The notes under the pieces: generated by a model
What the model was told of the DNA's origin: nothing
Databases searched by the model: none
Seen by the model: the letters and a program-made list of their open reading frames with translations, nothing else
Translations under genes and position numbers: made by a program
Shown: piece by piece, positions 10,464 to 20,337 of the stretch
How positions within the stretch are numbered: the stretch's first letter is position 1
Layout of the letters: each line of letters starts with the position of its first letter
Assembly (NCBI GenBank): GCA_964202895.1
Contig: CAXNJM010000001.1
Span: forward strand, 909,675 to 973,674
Origin: Rickettsiales bacterium UBA1997
Lineage (GTDB): Bacteria > Pseudomonadota > Alphaproteobacteria > Rickettsiales > UBA1997
Reading direction: 5' to 3'
Length of the DNA: 64,000 nt

Positions 10464-12827
10464 ATGTTTAAAACCATGTCTAAAAATAAGAATTCAATCA
10501 AAAAATCTTCATCCCCTAAAATGTCTCCTAAAAAAATTCCTAGCTCTAAAAAAACTGAGTCAAAAAATATATCTCAAAAAACCAACAAAGAGCTTGAAGC
10601 ACTTCAGTTCCATCAAATGAATCAACCAGGAAAAGTTGCAATGCATGCAACCAAACCCCTTAACACTCAAAGAGATTTATCCCTTGCCTATTCTCCCGGA
10701 GTGGCAGTTCCTTGTCTTGAAATTGTTAAAAATCCTGAGCTTGCTTATGATTATACCGCCAAAGGTAATTATGTTGCCGTTATATCCAACGGCACCGCGG
10801 TTCTTGGGCTTGGCGATCTTGGTGCAATTGCTAGCAAACCAGTTATGGAAGGAAAATCAGTTTTATTTAAAAGATTTGCCGATATCGATTCCGTTGATAT
10901 AGAAGTTGATACTAGAGATACCGAAGAATTTATCAATGCCGTTAAGTATCTTGGGCCAACTTGGGGCGGAATCAATCTTGAAGATATCAAAGCACCAGAA
11001 TGCTTTATTATCGAAAGTCGTCTGCGAGAAATTATGAATATCCCCGTTTTTCACGATGATCAACACGGCACGGCGATTATCTCTGCCGCGGGAATCATAA
11101 ACGCCCTTCATTTATCTGGCAAAAAATTTTCACAAATTAAAGTGGTGGTAAATGGTGCAGGAGCCGCGGGAATTGCCTGCTTAGAGCTTTTAAAGGCAAT
11201 GGGCTTACCAAACGAAAATGCCATTTTATGCGATACAAAAGGCACTATCTATAAAGGCAGAACAGAAGGGATGAACCAATGGAAAAGCGCTCATGCAGTC
11301 AACACTAAAGCTCGCACTCTAACTGAAGCAATGCAGGGGGCGGATGTTTTTCTCGGTCTTTCAGTTAAAGGAGCGGTTACCCCAGAAATGGTAAAGGCAA
11401 TGGCTAAAAATCCGGTGATTTTTGCAATGGCAAACCCTGATCCAGAAATTACTCCTGAAGAAGTACATAAAATCAGAAATGATGCTATAGTTGCAACTGG
11501 TAGAAGCGATTATGAAAATCAAGTTAACAATGTTATGGGCTTCCCTTACATATTTCGCGGTGCCCTAGATGTCAGAGCTTCAACCATAAATGAAGAAATG
11601 AAAATAGCCGCCGCCAAAGCAATAGCAGAGCTAGCTAGAGAACATGTTCCTGCTGAGGTTATTAAGGCCTATGATGGTCGTCAAATGGCTTTTGGTCCTA
11701 AATACATAATACCAACTCCTTTTGACCCTCGCCTTATCTATGTTGTGCCTATGGCAGTAGCAAGAGCAGCGGTTGAAAGCGGAGTAGCAAGAAAAAAAAT
11801 TACCGACTGGGATGCCTATAAAAAACAACTTCAAGCTAGAAGAGATCCTACAGTCAATAGTATGAGCTTTATTTTTGAAAAATTAGAAAAAAACCCAAAA
11901 AACATTATTTTTGCCGAGGGCGAACAAAGCGAAATCATTAGAGTCGCCTCAATGTGGAGAGATAACGGCTACGGTAAGCCAATATTAATTGGAAAAGAAA
12001 AGATAATTCTTGATAAAATGAAAGAAGCGAATATTAAAAAAGATGGTATCGAAATTTACAATGCCTCAATTTCACAGGAAAACAAAAAATACACCGATTA
12101 TCTCTATAAAAAACTACAAAGAAACGGAGTTTTAAGGTCTGATTGCGAAAGAATTATTAAGCGTGACCGTAATATTTTTGCAGCTTCAATGCTTGCTTGT
12201 GGTTACGGCGATGCATTAGTTACAGGACTTACTCGCGGTTATAGTAAATCTCTCAACGATATCTGGCAAGTAATAAAAAATAAAAAAGATCACATAGTCC
12301 AAGGAATATCAATGATTATATCTCATGGAAAAACCATTTTCATTGCAGATACAGCCTGTTCAGAACTTTCTTCATCGGAACATTTAGTTGAAATTGCTAT
12401 TCAAACCGCCAATAAAGTTAAGGAAATTGGATTTGAGCCAAGAGTAGCATTTTTATCATTCTCAAATTTTGGAAGTGCATTAAAGCAGGAATCTCAAAGA
12501 ATTAAAAAAGCTGTAGAATTACTAGATAAAATCAAGGTTGATTTTGAATATGACGGAGAAATGACGGCCGATGTCGCCCTTAACCCCGACAAAATGGCAC
12601 ATTATCCATTCTGTCGCCTAAAAGGCCCTGCTAATATCCTTATTTGCCCAGGGTTACATTCAGCAAGCATAGCCACTAAACTTTTACAAGAATTGGGAAG
12701 CTGTTCAGTTATTGGGCCAATACTTGATGGCTTTGAAAAATCTGTTCAAATCGTTACTATGCAATCATCAATTAACGAAATTCTCAACATGGCCGCAATC
12801 GCTGGGGCCTTCTCTAAAAAGAGCTAG
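10464..12827 (+). CDS. maeB: NADP-dependent malic enzyme with C-terminal PTA-like domain
   Basis: SLAYSPGVA, GKSVLFK, HDDQHGT, GRSDYENQVNN, EYDGEMTADVAL. Confidence 0.95.
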   Translation: MFKTMSKNKNSIKKSSSPKMSPKKIPSSKKTESKNISQKTNKELEALQFHQMNQPGKVAMHATKPLNTQRDLSLAYSPGVAVPCLEIVKNPELAYDYTAKGNYVAVISNGTAVLGLGDLGAIASKPVMEGKSVLFKRFADIDSVDIEVDTRDTEEFINAVKYLGPTWGGINLEDIKAPECFIIESRLREIMNIPVFHDDQHGTAIISAAGIINALHLSGKKFSQIKVVVNGAGAAGIACLELLKAMGLPNENAILCDTKGTIYKGRTEGMNQWKSAHAVNTKARTLTEAMQGADVFLGLSVKGAVTPEMVKAMAKNPVIFAMANPDPEITPEEVHKIRNDAIVATGRSDYENQVNNVMGFPYIFRGALDVRASTINEEMKIAAAKAIAELAREHVPAEVIKAYDGRQMAFGPKYIIPTPFDPRLIYVVPMAVARAAVESGVARKKITDWDAYKKQLQARRDPTVNSMSFIFEKLEKNPKNIIFAEGEQSEIIRVASMWRDNGYGKPILIGKEKIILDKMKEANIKKDGIEIYNASISQENKKYTDYLYKKLQRNGVLRSDCERIIKRDRNIFAASMLACGYGDALVTGLTRGYSKSLNDIWQVIKNKKDHIVQGISMIISHGKTIFIADTACSELSSSEHLVEIAIQTANKVKEIGFEPRVAFLSFSNFGSALKQESQRIKKAVELLDKIKVDFEYDGEMTADVALNPDKMAHYPFCRLKGPANILICPGLHSASIATKLLQELGSCSVIGPILDGFEKSVQIVTMQSSINEILNMAAIAGAFSKKS

Positions 12828-12832
12828 AACAA

Positions 12833-12870
12833 ATTTACAACAATACTCTTTTTAGAGCATTGTTGTAAAT
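12833..12870. terminator. Inverted repeat after maeB (probable bidirectional terminator)
   Basis: ATTTACAACAAT/ATTGTTGTAAAT perfect arms plus inner CTCT/AGAG, between convergent ORFs. Confidence 0.6.
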
Positions 12871-12919
12871 ACACTCTTCTCATAATATTATTATCGCTTT
12901 ATAGTCCCCCCTTTTAAGA

Positions 12920-13536
12920 TTAAGCTATATTACTCTGGGAGGCTTCAGTCTCACTAATAATTTTCTTGATTAAGTCAAATATTGGTTCAAAATTTTCGAA
13001 ATCTTCTTCTGCGAAATCCTTTGTGCTCTCGGCAAACTTACTTTTCTTGTCTGTATCTTTCTGTAATAACCTGAACTTTACCACCACCAACTAGATCTCT
13101 ATCTTTCAATAAATCTTTGATTTTTTTGTCAGGAAATAAATACTCAATGCACACTTCGCTATCTTTACCGTTTTTTCCACTCATAGCAAGACTTGCTCTG
13201 ATTTCTGGAATAGGCAATAAGAATAGAAATCCATTTTCTTTTTTATTCTTTAAGCACAATCCTTTCTTAATATCCAGCTCTAGTCCAATATTCTGATTTT
13301 TTATCTGTTTCTTATTCTTAATCGTCTCATATGCCTCATAAGCATCATCATATCCAACATACCAATAAATATTTGCTACTATTGTTGCGAAAAATATCAC
13401 CTCTCATATATGTATTTTTAATAAAGTGCATATCAAAAGAATTTTGTATTGCAAACTGCTTTTCTTGTTTTTCATAAAGCGCTTTCCAAGCATTCTCTAA
13501 TATAAATTTATAAATAATTAAATTTCTATAACTCAA
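12920..13536 (-). pseudogene. Fragmented hypothetical gene
   Basis: Three consecutive overlapping reading frames (13536-13348, 13400-13038, and a third ending ...FEPIFDLIKKIISETEASQSNIA* at 12920) suggest one frameshifted gene. Confidence 0.4.
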
Positions 13537-13674
13537 TTTTGTTTGAGGCTTTAATTAGAGCAAGCAGGATTAGTAGGTTTTTGCTTTTTCTTCTTGAAAG
13601 GCAGTAAAGATTGTTTATTAGGAAAGTTTTATAAGGCTAATATCTATTAAAATCAAGTTTTTTGATATAATTTT

Positions 13675-13738
13675 GGCAATAAGGGGTTGAAACCCCTTGT
13701 CCTTTATGATTGGGAAAATAAATTCACCACAAGGGGGG
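13675..13738 (+). repeat. REP-like dispersed element, copy 1
   Basis: GGCAAT + hairpin AAGGGGTT-GA-AACCCCTT + GT...ATGATTG...TTCACCACAAGGGG; aligns with 37081-37141. Confidence 0.65.
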
Positions 13739-13809
13739 CTGAAGGAGAGGAAATCGAACGTAACTTCAATATAAGGAAAGCTGAGGCACCTTAAAATTAG
13801 TTATTAATT

Positions 13810-14367
13810 TTATTTTACTAAGATATATAAATAAACGCCACACAAATAACCGTCACCAGCAATATCTCCAATAGACTTAAAGCCGAGAGATTGATGAAAA
13901 GCCATAGAAGCCTCATTCTTAATTGGAGAATGCACAATTCTACAAACAATATAATCATAACCCATTTTCTTTACCTCACTAAACATTGAGAGCACTAAAT
14001 TTTTACCAATATTTTTACTATTAGGTTTTTTGGCAATCTGACTATAATAAAAAACTTTATCATCTTCATAATTTAAGCCCTTTGATTCAAATAAAGAAAA
14101 AACTTGTTGCTGAAAATCGACTTCAGTTTTCATAATATCAAAGCCTATTAAATAACCAAAAACCGCCTCCTCTTTTTTTAGAACAACGGCTAAAGATTTT
14201 GATTTATCGTCGATTATATTTTTTAAATCAATCTCACTAAGTTCAGCCACTAAAAACCCCGACTTACCAGCATCGGCATCGAGATTGTTTTTTAACAAGT
14301 TAGCATGATTTATTGCAATAACATCTACAATATCACAATATTCGGCATTAAATATTTCATTAGGCAT
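13810..14367 (-). CDS. GNAT family N-acetyltransferase
   Basis: GYLIGF, QIAKKPNSKNIGKNL (motif A-like), NEASMAFHQSLGF. Confidence 0.85.
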   Translation of the reverse strand: MPNEIFNAEYCDIVDVIAINHANLLKNNLDADAGKSGFLVAELSEIDLKNIIDDKSKSLAVVLKKEEAVFGYLIGFDIMKTEVDFQQQVFSLFESKGLNYEDDKVFYYSQIAKKPNSKNIGKNLVLSMFSEVKKMGYDYIVCRIVHSPIKNEASMAFHQSLGFKSIGDIAGDGYLCGVYLYILVK

Positions 14368-14454
14368 AAATTTATAAATTGGAGTTAAATATCTGCAAAA
14401 TAAAATCTAAAAATACGGAGCATTAGATTAAATGCAAGATTATTATACTCGAAA

Positions 14455-14652
14455 TTTTAACCTAGATAGATATTTGATTTTACTAGCTTCTTGATATTTT
14501 CGTTTATCTTTTGTTTATCTTTTTAACCTAGATAGATATTTGATTTTACTAGCTTCTTGATATTTTCGTTTATCTTTTGTTTATCTTTTTAACCTAGATA
14601 GATATTTGATTTTACTAGCTTCTTGATATTTTCGTTTATCTTTTGTTTATCT
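14455..14652. repeat. Three exact tandem copies of a 66-bp unit
   Basis: Units start at 14455, 14521 and 14587; each contains 11-bp subrepeats, with one extra 11-mer at 14653-14663. Confidence 0.95.
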
Positions 14653-16330
14653 TTTGTTTATCTTTTTCATTAATATTATCATAAAGCCTCCAAATTGGCT
14701 TTGCTCTAGTGCCTTCATTATAGATAGTGCCATCTTTATGCAATTTTATAATAAGTTTAGCAATTTTTCTTATTTTTTGATCTTCGGTTAAAATTTCACT
14801 TAAAGCGCTTTTGAGCAAGTCGTCAATATCTTTACGAGTAGCTTTTTTATATTGAGAAATATAACCAGTAATCAATTTGGTATAATGAACATCGTTTTGG
14901 CGACGATTTCTAACATACTCAGCTTTTTTATCTGCAACTCCAGCTAATATTGCTGAAACATAAAAATTTGGCTTTCTTCCTTCTATCATTTTTTTTCTTT
15001 TAAGACTAGCAATTGCTTCTTTTGATAAATGCAATTTTTTTTGTACACGATCAAGAGCAAAAATGTCATTAAAAGATAGATCGGTTTTTTCCATCAACAT
15101 TTCGCTATATGCAGGATCGATAGCATCTCCGTATACAACCATCTTAACACTGTTGACATTAGATAAATCATAATCGGGAAGCGGAAAATATCTTTTTGCT
15201 TGAGTTTTATTAATATCATAAATTCCGAAACCCATTTTATCTATCATATTTAATGTAAACATAGCCTCTACAAGAAAAACATTTCTATATCTTCGCGGAG
15301 TCTTTTCGTGACAAATATAATCTTCTGGAACACCTTCGAAAAAACTACCCTCATTCTCAAAAATTAATCTATCAAGCCTCTCAATAACATTAATCCTGCC
15401 ATTTCTAGTGTAATCTTAATGAGCTATACAGTTATGCAATGCTTCAAGAACAACTTTTGTATCGTATTTCGATGTTTCGTATGGAATTAATTGATTATGT
15501 GGCAAAAGACGAATTTGAATATTGCGAATTTTTTGATAAATTGCAGTAGTATTAAGTAAAAAAGGTGGACTAAAATGCTCATAAGCTCTTTCCTGACCTT
15601 CAAGTTTCCAAGTAATTTGAGCTGGATGAGGTGAAATTTTAACAGATGATTCTGCTTTTCCTAGCAATAAAATTGCGGTTCTGGTAATTCTTCTATCAAT
15701 AGTTATCTTTGCCCTATCAAGAAAAACTTCCGGACTCCAACTAGTTATTTCCTCTAATGAAAAACGATTGGCATTCTTATGATAAAATAAGTTACGAGCC
15801 TTTTCTATGGCTACCTTATCTAAATCTGTAATTGTTGCATTTTCAACAATTTGTGCCGACCAGTCCGCCAAAGTTTGCTTACGAATTTTATCCAGCTTGT
15901 CTAAATGAAGTGCTGTTAAGCTTTCTCCAGACCTCGAATGATAGTACCCATTCCATGAAATTGGCATCCCTCTAGGTGCAGCAGGAATTTCAAACAAAAT
16001 AACTCGCCCATTATTTTCTGTAAAATATTCGTAAATATTACGAAAAGTAGTATTTGGCTCTGTGCCATTTGAAATGTGAACCTTTATACCCTCCAATATC
16101 TTGCCTTTGTAAAAATCAGTTGTAGTAATTTTACGATTTTTATTATTAACCCCAAAGACTAGCCAAGCTATTTCAACATCTCGTAAGTTTGCTTCATTTG
16201 CCAAGGCAGAAAAATATTTGCCAATTTCTTTGAAAGAATAACCATCATTAACTTCTTTAAATTCCACTACTGCATTTTCCCAAGTAGCTATTAATTTTTC
16301 TAAAAGTGTTTTTAATTTTTCTTTATTCAT
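14636..16330 (-). pseudogene. AlbA_2/Schlafen-like + HATPase_c_4 + wHTH protein with one premature stop
   Basis: VEFKE/ISALANE-like N-terminus (YFSALANEA); in-frame TAA at 15416-15418 in LHNCIAH*DY (homologues as I recall them read AHQDY); the frame continues uninterrupted into ORF 15262-14636. Confidence 0.85.
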
Positions 16331-16360
16331 TGTAAATTTTGCTTTGATATAATTAGTCTA

Positions 16361-16410
16361 CCCACAAGGGGGGAGCTGAACAATGCAACAAAGGAGCTTG
16401 AACCCCTTGC
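16361..16410 (+). repeat. REP-like dispersed element, copy 2 (parts in swapped order)
   Basis: CCACAAGGGGGGAGCTGAA then AAGGAGCTTGAACCCCTTGC. Confidence 0.5.
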
Positions 16411-16649
16411 GAATAAGCCATAAGAAATCATTAACATAAAGAGTTAAAGCTCTTTTTTATTGCGGAATGTAGAAAAATCTAATATCTATTAATTTTACAA
16501 TCATTACCTATAATTCTGCAAGATAATATTTATAGAATTAGATATTGAAAAAAATATTTTACCACCCCCCAAAAATTAAAATTATTGACTCTTCAAACAT
16601 TTATCTAAGTAGTATTTTAAGCTTCTACAGCCGTTAAATTAATCGCCAA

Positions 16650-17933
16650 CTACGATAATATTCTTTTTAAGGATGATGACAGTTTGTTCATATCTTCGTC
16701 GCTAGTTAGTTCGGTAATTGCAATAATCATTTTATTTCCAACTGCTAAGCCTCCAATAATATTTTCTTCTAATAGCTTTTTATTAACTATTTGTGCTTCA
16801 ATATTAAATTCAACCGTAAATTCATTAAAGAAACTACTATTTAAAATTTTTATACCGCTAATATTTTCAAGCATTTCAACCATTTTACAGGCCTTATAAT
16901 GATTAATTAAAGCAAGTTTTTTAAAACCTATTTCTCCTAATAAAGATGAATGAATTGTAAATGCAGTAGCACATAAACCTTGGTTTGAACAAATATTTGA
17001 TGTTGCTTTTTCTCTTCTAATGTGCTGTTCTCTAGCATTTAAAGTTAAAACATAGCCTTCCTTTCCTTCGGCATCAATAGTTTTTCCGCAAATTCTACCC
17101 GGCATTTGTCTAACGAATTCTTTTTTTGATGCAAAAAAACCAAGCAATGGACCACCAAAATTTAACCCCACTCCAATTGAAGAAGCCTCTCCAACCACTA
17201 TATCAGCTTGTGATGGCGGATTAATTAAGCCAAGTGCTAATATTTCGTTAACAACGACGATCATTAAAGCACCGATTTCATCACATTTTTTTCTAACTTC
17301 ATCTAAATCAACTATTTCTCCATAAAAATTAGGATATTGCACCACAATTGCAGAACAAGATTCGTCAGCCCCATTAATATCAACTAATTGAGAATTAGAT
17401 AGCTCTAAATATGTTTTAGTAACCTCAATATAATCTGGATTAATATCTCCAAATAAAACTATTTTTCTTTTTTGATTTTTAATTCTTAATGCCATCAAAC
17501 AAGCTTCTGCCATTGCAGTTGCTCCATCATACATTGAAGCATTGGCAATTTGCATTCCAGTCAACAATGAAATTATACTTTGAAACTGAAAAACAGTAGC
17601 AAGGGTTCCTTGTGATATTTCTGGTTGATATGGAGTATATGAAGTTAAAAATTCTGATCTTTGAATTATGTGGTCAACTGTTGCAGGAATATGATGTCTA
17701 TAGCAACCAACACCAAGGAAAAAGGCACCACTTCCAGCATAACGATTTTTATTCGCAAGGCTTTTTAAATAATTTTCAACCTCGATTTCTCCTAAATGAT
17801 TGGATAAATTTTCAATTGGTTTTTTTAACAAAAATTCTTGCGGAACAGCATCAAATAAATCATTAACACTATTAACTCCGATTTCAGCAAGCATTGCTTT
17901 TCTATCTTGTTCTGTTAAGGCTAGGTATCTCAT
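16650..17933 (-). CDS. gcvPA: Glycine dehydrogenase (aminomethyl-transferring) subunit 1
   Basis: MRYLALT, SYTPYQPEISQG, NASMYDGATA, REQHIRREKATSNICSNQ. Confidence 0.95.
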   Translation of the reverse strand: MRYLALTEQDRKAMLAEIGVNSVNDLFDAVPQEFLLKKPIENLSNHLGEIEVENYLKSLANKNRYAGSGAFFLGVGCYRHHIPATVDHIIQRSEFLTSYTPYQPEISQGTLATVFQFQSIISLLTGMQIANASMYDGATAMAEACLMALRIKNQKRKIVLFGDINPDYIEVTKTYLELSNSQLVDINGADESCSAIVVQYPNFYGEIVDLDEVRKKCDEIGALMIVVVNEILALGLINPPSQADIVVGEASSIGVGLNFGGPLLGFFASKKEFVRQMPGRICGKTIDAEGKEGYVLTLNAREQHIRREKATSNICSNQGLCATAFTIHSSLLGEIGFKKLALINHYKACKMVEMLENISGIKILNSSFFNEFTVEFNIEAQIVNKKLLEENIIGGLAVGNKMIIAITELTSDEDMNKLSSSLKRILS

Positions 17934-17958
17934 AGTTTATAATTATTATTTTAATATT

Positions 17959-18246
17959 TTATTCTATAACTTTAGGAACAGCAAAATAACCAAAAATATT
18001 CTTCTTTGAGTTACTTAAAACTTGCTCTACTATATCTCCATCAGATATTTTATCTTCATTTATTCTTAAATGAATTTCATTGACATTAGTTAATTCTTTA
18101 ACATTATTGGTATCAATTTCATTGAGTTGTTCAACCCATTTTATAATTTCACCAACTTGTTTTGTAAACTGCTTTTGCTCTTCTTCAGTAATTGCAATTT
18201 TTGCTAATTTAGCAATTTTTTTAATATCTTTTTCAGTAATTGACAT
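17959..18246 (-). CDS. gatC: Asp/Glu-tRNA amidotransferase subunit C
   Basis: KKIAKLAKI...EQLNEIDT...FAVPKVIE. Confidence 0.95.
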   Translation of the reverse strand: MSITEKDIKKIAKLAKIAITEEEQKQFTKQVGEIIKWVEQLNEIDTNNVKELTNVNEIHLRINEDKISDGDIVEQVLSNSKKNIFGYFAVPKVIE

Positions 18247-18254
18247 AATAAAAA

Positions 18255-18758
18255 ATGATTATTGAACTTTACAGCAATAATAATCAACAAACTAATAATT
18301 TTGCAAGCGATTATTTAAAAAAAAATCACTTTGGTAAAATAATTTCATTAGATGTTGGTAAAAAAAGAATTGGAATTGCTGTTTGCGATGAAAATCGTTT
18401 AATCTGCACTCCAAAATTAATTATAAATCGTTTCAGCAACCTACAAGATATTGCTTCAATAAAAAATATTATCGATAACGAAAAAATATCTTTTATGATT
18501 GTTGGAATACCATTAAATCATGATAAAAATAATCATGATATTGAAAATGAAATGTCAAATTTTATTAAAAATTTTGTTAAAAAAATTGATGATTATTTTG
18601 AAAATTCATTTATTATATTCTTAATTGATGAAAGTTTTTCTAGTTTTGAAGCAAGAAGAATTATAAAAAACAATAAAAATAAAACAAGAAAATTTTACGA
18701 CGATATATCTGCAAGTATTATATTAGAAGGGTTCATTAGGCAATATCTTAATTTCTAA
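18255..18758 (+). CDS. ruvX: YqgF/RuvX pre-16S rRNA nuclease
   Basis: LDVGKKRIGIA, VGIP, DESFSS, DDISASIIL. Confidence 0.9.
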   Translation: MIIELYSNNNQQTNNFASDYLKKNHFGKIISLDVGKKRIGIAVCDENRLICTPKLIINRFSNLQDIASIKNIIDNEKISFMIVGIPLNHDKNNHDIENEMSNFIKNFVKKIDDYFENSFIIFLIDESFSSFEARRIIKNNKNKTRKFYDDISASIILEGFIRQYLNF

Positions 18759-18989
18759 AGCATGCATTCCTAATAAAAATTCGTCCTTCAAAAGTTTATT
18801 AATATATCGATGAATATTAATTTTATTCATTAAATTAAATTTACTTGCATATAACACAACTTTAAAATGTGTTTCATTTTTACTTTCATCGAAACCAGAA
18901 TGTCCTTTATGTAGATATGAATTATCAATTACATCGAAATATTCTGGATTAATATCTATTTTTATTTTATCGATTATTTTTTGTCTCAT
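18723..18989 (-). CDS. bolA: BolA family protein
   Basis: DNSYLHKGH, ETHFKV, HRYINKLL, HALEI. Confidence 0.9.
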   Translation of the reverse strand: MRQKIIDKIKIDINPEYFDVIDNSYLHKGHSGFDESKNETHFKVVLYASKFNLMNKINIHRYINKLLKDEFLLGMHALEIKILPNEPF

Positions 18990-19264
18990 AAATATTAGAT
19001 GTTATAAAGTTGTTAATAAATAGTTAATAACTATAAAATTATCAACAATTTGATTGAATTCACAAATGTTATTCATTTTAATAACATTTTATTAACATCA
19101 TTATCAACAATGTTAATAAATTTAAAAAAGAATGTTAATAATTTTATAAACCTTATTATTAAAAAACAAAAATCAATAATATAATGTTAATAACTTGTTA
19201 ATATTATTGTTAAAAAGATAATTTATCAACATTTCAACAACTATAAATAATAAATATATAATAA
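18990..19264. other. Probable chromosomal replication origin (oriC)
   Basis: 275-bp extremely AT-rich gap upstream of hemE; eight exact TTATYAACA 9-mers; two TTAA-N7-TTAA (19013, 19187); WATCAA-N4-TTR at 19040; nearby parA/parS; gene-strand switch. Confidence 0.75.
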
Positions 19265-20299
19265 ATGAAAAAATTAATTAATGTATTATTAAATAATAAA
19301 AATTATAAAAATCCACCTATTTGGATAATGAGACAAGCAGGTAGATATTTACCAGAATATCTTGAAATTAGAAAAAAAATTGATAATTTTCTTGATTTAT
19401 GTTATAATCCAAAATTAGCTTCAGAAGTCACACTGCAACCTATTAAAAGATTCAATTTTGATGCTGCAATAATATTTTCAGATATCTTAACCGTAGTTGA
19501 TGCAATTGGCATTAAAGTGGAATTTTTAAAAAATCACGGCCCTAAAATAAGTAATTTTAATCCTGAATTTGATTTATCAAAATTAAAGTTAAATAATATA
19601 AAAAACCATTTACAGCCAGTTTTTGAAGCTATCTCTATAACTAAATCAAAATTATCAAATGACAAAGCTTTAATAGGTTTTTCAGGAGCTCCTTGGACTC
19701 TTGCTTCATATATAATTGAAGGTGGTGGTTCAAAAAATTTTGAGAAAACAAGAAAATTTGCAATTAAAAACCCTTTATTATTTAAAGAATTAATAAATAT
19801 ATTAACAGAATCTATAATCGATTATCTATTACTTCAAATAGAGGCTGGAGTTGATGTTGTAAAAATATTTGATTCTTGGGCTGGTATTTTACCAGAATTT
19901 GAGTTTTTTGAATGGGTTATTAAGCCTAATCAAAAAATTGTTAATGCTATTCAAGAAAAATACCCTAATATCCCAATTATTTGTTTCGCAAGAAATAGCG
20001 GTACTATGTTATTAGATTTTGCTAAAAATGTTAACTGTCAATCACTAGCGATAGATCAAAATTTTTCAAGAAAATGGGTTGTTGATAATATTCAAAATAA
20101 TACCAATAAAGTAGTGCAAGGAAATTTAGATAATTATCTTTTAGCATTTGGTTCTCAAGAAGCTATAAAAAAAGAAGTTGATGATATTTTAGAAAAATTT
20201 AACAAAAAACCATTTATTTTTAATTTAGGTCATGGAATATTGCCAGAAACACCAATTAAAAATGTTGAATTTCTTTTAAAATTAATTAATGGCAATTAA
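19265..20299 (+). CDS. hemE: Uroporphyrinogen decarboxylase
   Basis: PIWIMRQAGRYLPEY, FSDIL, GAPWTLASY, FNLGHGI. Confidence 0.97.
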   Translation: MKKLINVLLNNKNYKNPPIWIMRQAGRYLPEYLEIRKKIDNFLDLCYNPKLASEVTLQPIKRFNFDAAIIFSDILTVVDAIGIKVEFLKNHGPKISNFNPEFDLSKLKLNNIKNHLQPVFEAISITKSKLSNDKALIGFSGAPWTLASYIIEGGGSKNFEKTRKFAIKNPLLFKELINILTESIIDYLLLQIEAGVDVVKIFDSWAGILPEFEFFEWVIKPNQKIVNAIQEKYPNIPIICFARNSGTMLLDFAKNVNCQSLAIDQNFSRKWVVDNIQNNTNKVVQGNLDNYLLAFGSQEAIKKEVDDILEKFNKKPFIFNLGHGILPETPIKNVEFLLKLINGN

Positions 20300-20306
20300 T
20301 TTTAAA

Positions 20307-20322
20307 AGTTTCATGTGAAACA
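20307..20322. promoter_or_regulatory. parS site 1
   Basis: AGTTTCATGTGAAACA vs consensus TGTTTCACGTGAAACA, immediately upstream of parA. Confidence 0.8.
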
Positions 20323-20337
20323 AAATTACTATTTATT

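Noticed and set aside
14455-14652. CRISPR array
   Set aside because: The units are identical head-to-tail with no spacers, and there are no cas genes
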